Assembly (NCBI GenBank): GCA_052034495.1
Contig: JBPOIL010000005.1
Span: 24,710-88,709, forward strand
Length of the DNA: 64,000 bases
Reading direction: 5' to 3'
From: Patescibacteria group bacterium
Lineage (GTDB): Bacteria; Patescibacteriota; Saccharimonadia; CAILAD01; JADZBC01
The notes under the pieces: model-generated
Databases searched by the model: none
What the model saw: only the letters and a program-made list of their open reading frames with translations
What the model was told of the DNA's origin: nothing
Program-made: the position numbers and the translations under genes
Shown: piece after piece, positions 57,951-64,000 of the stretch
Numbering within the stretch: position 1 is the first letter of the stretch
Layout: each line of letters starts with the position of its first letter

Positions 57951-59722
57951 TAGAGTTTGCGAGCCTTTTCTTCTATTCGGTAGAACACGAGTTCGTCACC
58001 AAGCTCAAGCGCGTCGGTAGTATCAAGCGATATTCCACACTCATCACCCTCGTTGGCCTCACGGGCTATCTGCTTTTCCTTTTGTAAGTTTGAAACCTTA
58101 CCGGCACCGACCTCTTCGCCTTTACGTAAAATGCGGGCAGTCATGCCTGACTGTAGTTGACCACTAGTCACCCGTCCTCCGGTAATGATCTGGGTTTTTG
58201 TTGTCTTGAAGATCCCTAATATCTCGAGGCGAGCGAGTTCAATCTCGATGATCTCTGGCGGGAGTAAGCTCGAAAGCCAATCACGAATATCATCAAGCAA
58301 CTCATAGATCACTTTGTATAGGTGGAAATCCACCTTGCTACGCTTGGCTAGCTGGTTTACTGCGGCCTTAATACTAACATTAAAGCCAAGGATGATCGCA
58401 TTACCAGCATCGGCTGCGTTAACGTCGCTCTCTGAGATGTCACCCACTCCAGACGAAACTACTTTGACGCGGACTTCTTCATTGCCAATCTGGTTCAAGC
58501 TATCAATCAACGACTCGAGTGACCCCTGTACGTCAGCCTTTACCAGTACTGCCAGCTCTTTTACCTGACCATCGACTACAGCCCTGTTAAGATCTTGGGA
58601 GGTAACCGTCTTCGTGTTGGTAAGGCTCTTGATGCTCTGCTTGCGAGCCTGCTTTGCAACCCAGTCCTTGGCTACCTTCTCGGAAGAAACTACTTCGAAC
58701 CACTCGCCAAAGTTCGGTACTTCGCGAATACCGGAAACAACTACTGGCATAGCAGGAGTAGCTTCTTTGAGCTTACGCCCACGATAGTCTTCTAAGCTAC
58801 GTACCTTGCCATATGTAGTACCTACGACCAAACTGTCTCCCGTGCGCAACGTACCCTTCTGGATCAAAAGTGTTACTACCGGGCCGCGACCTGTTTCAAG
58901 ATGGGATTCAATAACCACGCCGCTTGCCGCGCCAGTAAAAATAGCCTTTTGGTCGGCGATATCAGCTACAAGCAAGACAACGTCCAGAAGCTTCGTGATA
59001 CCATCGTGCGTCTTAGCAGAGACCTCTACGCATGGCACGTCTCCGCCCCAGTCATCAGCCAGAATACCAATCTCGCTCAGCTCCTGCTTAACGCGGTTCA
59101 CGTCGGCATCAGCTTTATCCATCTTGTTAATTGCAACCACGATCGCCACACCGGCATCCTTGGCATGATTAATGGCTTCTTTGGTTTGAGGCTTAACACC
59201 GTCATCCCCGGCCACTACAATAATTGCAACGTCGGTCATACGAGCACCGTGAGCGCGAATAGCCGAGAAGGCTTCGTGTCCTGGGGTATCAAGGAAGGTA
59301 ATTCTACGATCGTTCTTCGTCACCTGGTAAGCGCCGATATGCTGAGTGATGCCACCGGCCTCAGAAGAAGCTACATCGCTCTCACGGATAGCGTCCAATA
59401 GGGACGTCTTGCCGTGGTCAACGTGCCCCATTACAGCCACGATCGGCGGGCGCACCTCCTCGTCTGATTTTTCTTCAGTTTGCTCAAGCGATTGGCTAGG
59501 ACGAGCCTCGGCTTCCTTTGGCTCTGGAACAATGTCAAAACCAAGCTCTCCGGCGATGATCGAGGCAGTGTCGAAATCAATATTTTCATTCACGGTGGCC
59601 ATTACGCCATTCTTCATAAGTTCACCCACTACTTGAGCAACGCCCAAGCCGAGCCGCTGCGCAAAATCGCTTACCGCCACTACTTCTGGAATCTCAATCT
59701 GCTTCTTGTCGTCTTGCTCCAT
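57950..59722 (-). CDS. infB: Translation initiation factor IF-2 (short N-terminus)
   Basis: GHVDHGKTS, GGITQHIGAY, DTPGHEAF, KADVQGS. Confidence 0.97.
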   Translation of the reverse strand: MEQDDKKQIEIPEVVAVSDFAQRLGLGVAQVVGELMKNGVMATVNENIDFDTASIIAGELGFDIVPEPKEAEARPSQSLEQTEEKSDEEVRPPIVAVMGHVDHGKTSLLDAIRESDVASSEAGGITQHIGAYQVTKNDRRITFLDTPGHEAFSAIRAHGARMTDVAIIVVAGDDGVKPQTKEAINHAKDAGVAIVVAINKMDKADADVNRVKQELSEIGILADDWGGDVPCVEVSAKTHDGITKLLDVVLLVADIADQKAIFTGAASGVVIESHLETGRGPVVTLLIQKGTLRTGDSLVVGTTYGKVRSLEDYRGRKLKEATPAMPVVVSGIREVPNFGEWFEVVSSEKVAKDWVAKQARKQSIKSLTNTKTVTSQDLNRAVVDGQVKELAVLVKADVQGSLESLIDSLNQIGNEEVRVKVVSSGVGDISESDVNAADAGNAIILGFNVSIKAAVNQLAKRSKVDFHLYKVIYELLDDIRDWLSSLLPPEIIEIELARLEILGIFKTTKTQIITGGRVTSGQLQSGMTARILRKGEEVGAGKVSNLQKEKQIAREANEGDECGISLDTTDALELGDELVFYRIEEKARKL

Positions 59723-59941
59723 CTATGTCCTCTTGTCTTTCTTCTGCGTGATTCTCACTTTAGTGTGGATTTGCGTGCTACAACCGCTGCGACAACTGTA
59801 GTGCCCTCGGCCTGGCAAAGTCCTGGTGCTATCAAGGGTAAGTCCGTCAGGTGCGATCACCCACCGCTCCAGCTCGGCCTTGGGCTTCTTCGCCCGGCAG
59901 ACTCGACATGTCCTTAACGGAGTATGGCGAGTCTCGGCCAC
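59723..59941 (-). CDS. ylxR: YlxR/RnpM (DUF448) family protein
   Basis: PLRTCRVCR, PGRGHY.C...C; upstream of infB. Confidence 0.85.
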   Translation of the reverse strand: MAETRHTPLRTCRVCRAKKPKAELERWVIAPDGLTLDSTRTLPGRGHYSCRSGCSTQIHTKVRITQKKDKRT

Positions 59942-59944
59942 GGC

Positions 59945-61036
59945 TTAATCCTCTTTAGCGCTAGATTTAGCGGCTTTGGCTTTGAGGCTTAAAGACAGCT
60001 TGTGTTGAGCCTCGTCAATACCGATGATAGTGAACTGCTTCGTCTCGCCTAGCTCAACGTGGCTAGCAGGATCTGCTACGTGTTCATCTGCGAGCTCAGA
60101 GATATGCACGAGGGCTTCGATTACCGGAGTAACCTGCACGAACGCGCCAAATGGCGTTATGCGGGTAATCTTACCGTCTACCTTATCGCCGACTTTGTAC
60201 TGAGCAATCTCTTTAACCCATGGGTCTGGCGTAAGCTGCTTCATAGAAAGCGAGAGCTTTTCCTGATCAATCGAGATGATCAGGGCCTCAACCTCTTGGC
60301 CAACCTTTACGTACTTAGAAGGATTGTCCACGCGGTCCCAAGCGATCTCAGAGATATGAACAAGACCTTCGATGCCCTCAACATTCACGAAGATACCAAA
60401 GTCCACTACGCCAGTCACGACGCCCTTGACCTTATCGCCAGCCTTGAAGTTAGCAATCTTGCTTTCAGTGAATTCACGCTGAGCTGCCTTTTCAGACACG
60501 ATCAGCTTGTTCTGCTTACGGTCCAAGTCAAGGATACGAACCATCAACGTGCGGCTTACGATGCTGTTTAGTCGGTGTAGGATCTCGTCTTTATCAGCAC
60601 CAGTTACGCGCGGGTAGTTCTCGGCAGACAGTTGAGAAACAGGCAGAAAACCTCGGATGCCTTCGATTTCGATAAGGAGCCCGCCCTTGTTGGCATCGAA
60701 CGGAATGATTCCAAAGACTTCGCCTTCTTTAAATCGCTCTTCGAGCAATTCCCAGCCCTTTTCTTTGGCAACTTTCTTGAGACTCAGAATGGCGTAGCCT
60801 TCTGGTGCCTCTGGCTCTAGAACTGAAACGCTTAGCACATCACCCTCTTTGATTGACCCGGCGCCCTGTTCAAGCTCGCGACCCATAACTACACCAGTAC
60901 CGTACATGCCGAGATCAAGCCACACTTCGTGCTTTTCGGCAGTAACAACTGTTCCTTCTACAAGTTCGCCTTGGGTTAAGTTTTTGATTTCATGAGTGGC
61001 TAAAAGATCAGCCATGATTTGGTTGTTTGTTGACAC
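59945..61036 (-). CDS. rpsA: 30S ribosomal protein S1 (four S1 domains)
   Basis: NKGGL, GFLP.SQL, FGIFV, GLVHISE; GTG 61036 after AAGGAG. Confidence 0.92.
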   Translation of the reverse strand: MSTNNQIMADLLATHEIKNLTQGELVEGTVVTAEKHEVWLDLGMYGTGVVMGRELEQGAGSIKEGDVLSVSVLEPEAPEGYAILSLKKVAKEKGWELLEERFKEGEVFGIIPFDANKGGLLIEIEGIRGFLPVSQLSAENYPRVTGADKDEILHRLNSIVSRTLMVRILDLDRKQNKLIVSEKAAQREFTESKIANFKAGDKVKGVVTGVVDFGIFVNVEGIEGLVHISEIAWDRVDNPSKYVKVGQEVEALIISIDQEKLSLSMKQLTPDPWVKEIAQYKVGDKVDGKITRITPFGAFVQVTPVIEALVHISELADEHVADPASHVELGETKQFTIIGIDEAQHKLSLSLKAKAAKSSAKED

Positions 61037-61166
61037 TATATTCTCCTTTACCAGACATTTGGATTTACGCGAACGCGCAGAGCCTGGCTTTGACCGATTT
61101 ACAGCCAAATTTCCTAAGAATTATACCTTAAATATGGGAGAGTGTAAAGACAGGGAGTACTGCAGT

Positions 61167-61574
61167 CTACGCAGCCATTAGCCGCGTGCGACGTGCAAGG
61201 CGCCCAAGAGCCGATAACACCAGAACAGCCAGTACGAAGCTTAGAGAGCCCGATGCGCCGGTAGTAGGGATCTGGGTTACCTCTGGACCGACTGTCGGAG
61301 TACTTGCAGATGCCGACGAAGAAGTTGGCTGGGGGTTCGGCTTAGGGGCTGGCTCTAGACTCTCCGCCGGAAGTGTCTGAGTGGCCTGCTGGCTTTGGTC
61401 CTTCTGATCCTCCCGCTTCTGCTCACTTTGCTTCTGCACCTCCTCTACTCTTGCCTGTTCCTTGGACTGCTCCTGCTTAGCACGTTGAGCGTTCCCATAC
61501 ATAAACGTTGCGACCACAATAAATACAATAAGTAGCGCTGCCGCTATAAACCTAATGACTGGTGAACGATTCAT
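61167..61574 (-). CDS. Surface protein with LPxTG-like (IPTTG) sorting signal
   Basis: N-terminal TM, Q/E/P/S/T-rich stalk, IPTTG, hydrophobic helix, Arg-rich tail. Confidence 0.65.
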   Translation of the reverse strand: MNRSPVIRFIAAALLIVFIVVATFMYGNAQRAKQEQSKEQARVEEVQKQSEQKREDQKDQSQQATQTLPAESLEPAPKPNPQPTSSSASASTPTVGPEVTQIPTTGASGSLSFVLAVLVLSALGRLARRTRLMAA

Positions 61575-61657
61575 ACACTTCCTCCCCTTTGCCGCTAGTG
61601 TACTGCCAGGAGAATACTTATGCAAGTACCCTGAAAGATTTGTAGGCTTGAGGTATA

Positions 61658-61799
61658 TTGACTTTCTAACATTAAGATGATACTATGTATAAAAGGTCGT
61701 GGGCTTGCTCGGGATTGTGGTACATTTTACCCTTTCCTGGGCAAACTCATGGCCTTTGTAGCTTGCAGCCCCGTAACCCTTGGCGCATAATAGCTACAA
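61658..61799 (+). promoter_or_regulatory. Promoter TTGACT-17-TACTAT and two-hairpin leader RNA
   Basis: GU-rich stem of about 23 bp at 61692-61757; second stem 61756-61799. Confidence 0.55.
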
Positions 61800-61812
61800 G
61801 TGGAGGGTGAGC

Positions 61813-62262
61813 ATGGATATTATTCGTAGTTATCCAAACTACAGCTTTGTGTCATCTGGCTACTTCGCATTTGACGCAAGCGAAGAGCTAGTTCATTATG
61901 ACGAAAGCGAGCTGGGATCGAACGAAGGCAGGCTATCCTTACTCCACGAGATTAGCCATGCAGAACTTGGGCATTTTACCTTCACCAACGACTTCGAACT
62001 ACTCGTCATGGAAGCACAGGCCTGGCACCTCACGAAACGCCTATGCAACGAGCATGGCGTGAGAATCAACGATATCTATATCCAATCCTGTATCGATACC
62101 TATGATCATTGGCTCAGTACGCGATCATCATGCCCCCATTGCAAGAACTTCTGCCTACCTGGCACAAAAGACCCTCACAACTTTCGCTGCTTTCTATGCG
62201 GCTGCAAATGGCAAGCGAGTTCCAACCCGCACGATGCCATCACCCTTACCGTTCTAGGCTAA
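61813..62262 (+). CDS. HExxH metallopeptidase-like protein with C-terminal Zn ribbon
   Basis: LLHEISHAELGH, E..AW, CPHC..CFLC. Confidence 0.75.
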   Translation: MDIIRSYPNYSFVSSGYFAFDASEELVHYDESELGSNEGRLSLLHEISHAELGHFTFTNDFELLVMEAQAWHLTKRLCNEHGVRINDIYIQSCIDTYDHWLSTRSSCPHCKNFCLPGTKDPHNFRCFLCGCKWQASSNPHDAITLTVLG

Positions 62263-62270
62263 CTCTGTCA

Positions 62271-62304
62271 TACCAAAAAAGGACCCGAAGGTCCTTTTTT
62301 GGTA
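62271..62304. terminator. Bidirectional terminator
   Basis: taccaaaaaaggacc-cgaa-ggtccttttttggta. Confidence 0.85.
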
Positions 62305-62316
62305 TAGACTACCTGA

Positions 62317-62508
62317 TTAAGCGGTCTTTTTCTTTTTGCTCAAGCCGCCCTTACGACCAGCTTCACGAGCGAGTTCAGGGTTGGCAGCAAATCCACCATT
62401 ACGGCTTTTCTGGCCACCTTTGCGACCTATTTCACGATAGAATTCACTGCCGTAACGCTTCTTATTAGTCTCAGCAGCCAATACGCCGCCTTTTTGTGTT
62501 CCTGCCAT
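62317..62508 (-). CDS. KGG-repeat general stress protein
   Basis: FYREIGRKGG, GFA.NPELAREAGRKGG. Confidence 0.88.
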   Translation of the reverse strand: MAGTQKGGVLAAETNKKRYGSEFYREIGRKGGQKSRNGGFAANPELAREAGRKGGLSKKKKTA

Positions 62509-62648
62509 TGTTTTCTCCTTCTTGTTACAGTTGGAGTTTGAACAAAGGTTAACCCTACCAATAACGCTTCATTAAACTCAAGGTTATTATAACTACGTTA
62601 TTCTAGCAGCTTATGCTTATAAAGTCAATACCTTTTGTGCTTGCTTTT

Positions 62649-63845
62649 CTACTTAGCGAATGGCGAACTAATGAGATTATAGATCTTCTGCCAGAAAGTC
62701 AGGCTGTTCTTCACGCTCAGGACATAGCTATACTCTTCAAGCTTCTCGCCGCCCTGATAGGATACGATGGTAAGCACGTAGCGACCGTTCTTAAGCCGAG
62801 TGGTGTCTAGGGTATAGGCATATGGAGACTTCTTGACCGTCGCCTTGAGCTTACCGTTGAGGTAGTAGCGCATTTCATTAGCCCCTTCGGCAAGAGCATC
62901 TTCTGGCGGGAGAATCTTAAGCTTGCCACCATACGATCGAGCTGCCGCTTCGCTATCAACCCCAGATTCGGTAGTCGTCTTTTCTTCGATAATCTTGTCG
63001 ATCTCTTCTTCGCTCGCGCCAGACAAGTCATCGAGCTCTACTTCGCCCAAGCTCGGTAGTGCATCTGTACCGCCGTCGAGCGAACCATCGTCAGGGATAA
63101 CGAAGCTGTAGTCAGGCCCCGGTGAGTCAGGATTTTCCGCTGGTGGCTCATAAGTCGGTGGCTCAGGTGGTTCTGGCGGCTCTGGTGGCTGAGGTGGATT
63201 CACAACGACGGGGGGCTGGGTAGTATTCCAGCCAGGCCTCATATAATTTAAAACCTTAACACTCAGGGCTTTATTGAACGTTTTAGGCTCGTTTTGCGAC
63301 AAGAATGCCACGACAACGTTGGCCGCAGATTCGGAGATAAAGCGTTGCTTCCAGTATGCGACACCCGCAGCGTCAGCGTTCCTTCCCAGTGCGCGCGTAT
63401 ACAGCGCCTGAGCTTTTTGCTCGGGTGTGTAGCCATTAAATCTGGCCTTATCGGTAGCGCCTGCACCGGCGTACATAGAAGCCGCAGATGCACCAACGCC
63501 TTTAGCGCTTATCTGCTCAGACCAATACTTGTACCCTCCTCCAGTAGCAATGCCCGCGGCAGTCTTGGTTCCATCAGGGGATCGGTCGTACATTGCCATA
63601 AATAACCTGGTGGCCCACCCTTCGGCACTGTCCCTATAGCAAGCATATCCGGCTTCATTATTAACGCTTGCAGGGCAATTCGGGCTTAATCTAGCGGGTC
63701 CGGAGGCAAAGGTAGTAAGAACATAGTAGCCAACAACCGAAAGCACCCCTACGAGGGCAATGAGGGTTGGTAAATTAAACCTATTCCTCGCGAGCAAAGG
63801 GGTCTTTTTGATGGTCTTCTTCTTTTTTGTTTGCTTTGTGGCCAT
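62649..63845 (-). CDS. Surface protein: TM, DUF4214-like domain, PEP linker, Ig-like domain
   Basis: LY...LGR.AD..G..YW; PPEPPEPP; PY.Y.LDT..L.NG.Y.L. Confidence 0.7.
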   Translation of the reverse strand: MATKQTKKKKTIKKTPLLARNRFNLPTLIALVGVLSVVGYYVLTTFASGPARLSPNCPASVNNEAGYACYRDSAEGWATRLFMAMYDRSPDGTKTAAGIATGGGYKYWSEQISAKGVGASAASMYAGAGATDKARFNGYTPEQKAQALYTRALGRNADAAGVAYWKQRFISESAANVVVAFLSQNEPKTFNKALSVKVLNYMRPGWNTTQPPVVVNPPQPPEPPEPPEPPTYEPPAENPDSPGPDYSFVIPDDGSLDGGTDALPSLGEVELDDLSGASEEEIDKIIEEKTTTESGVDSEAAARSYGGKLKILPPEDALAEGANEMRYYLNGKLKATVKKSPYAYTLDTTRLKNGRYVLTIVSYQGGEKLEEYSYVLSVKNSLTFWQKIYNLISSPFAK

Positions 63846-64000
63846 ATGCTTAGTTCTTGCCTACAGCATAACCTTTTTCCTATTGCGCGTCAATATGAGA
63901 CAATACTTCTATGAATAAAAATGTCGTACTCGTTCTCGTAAATATACGTTCTGGCCACAATGTGGGCTCACTCATGCGCACAGCAGATGGCCTAGGGGTT

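Noticed and set aside
61800-61812. GTGGAGGGTGAGC shared with the start region of the CxxC peptide gene (about 4964-4976, minus)
   Set aside because: Both are SD-like regions, so the match is plausibly convergent.
63140-63200. GGTGGCTC-type tandem repeats (possible CRISPR or VNTR)
   Set aside because: Coding PPEPPE linker; no spacers and no cas genes.

Overview
Dense, mostly minus-strand chromosomal segment using genetic code 11. By inference it comes from a Patescibacteria/CPR bacterium, most likely Saccharibacteria: housekeeping genes are compact and scattered, many genes are leaderless with TGnTAnnnT promoters, and there are no biosynthetic operons. Housekeeping genes recognised: rel, typA, hisS, rpmE, prfA, prmC, htrA, lepB, parAB, rplU, trxB, rodA, ileS, pyk, nrdR, ftsZ, ftsA, map, adk, dgkA, ybeY, rpsU, recJ, secDF, priA, def, fmt, rbfA, infB, rpsA. 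I found no rRNA, intact tRNA, CRISPR array or transposase. Most notable observations: (1) a stand-alone 45-aa acidic peptide ending in CVSCD, which resembles the redox-shuttle tail of ribonucleotide reductase and has an NrdR-box-like site between its -35 and -10; (2) an unassigned ~375-nt GC-rich structured RNA with its own promoter and terminator, upstream of an Rpf-like gene; (3) orphan genes with Actinobacteria-like codon usage under native-style promoters with structured UTRs; (4) an actinobacterial-type ultrashort-stem-I T-box upstream of ileS; (5) a 284-aa miniature EPSP-synthase-like protein; (6) two small islands bounded by tRNA-3'-end-like scars with no tRNA present. All functional calls come from motif recognition by eye; no database search was run.
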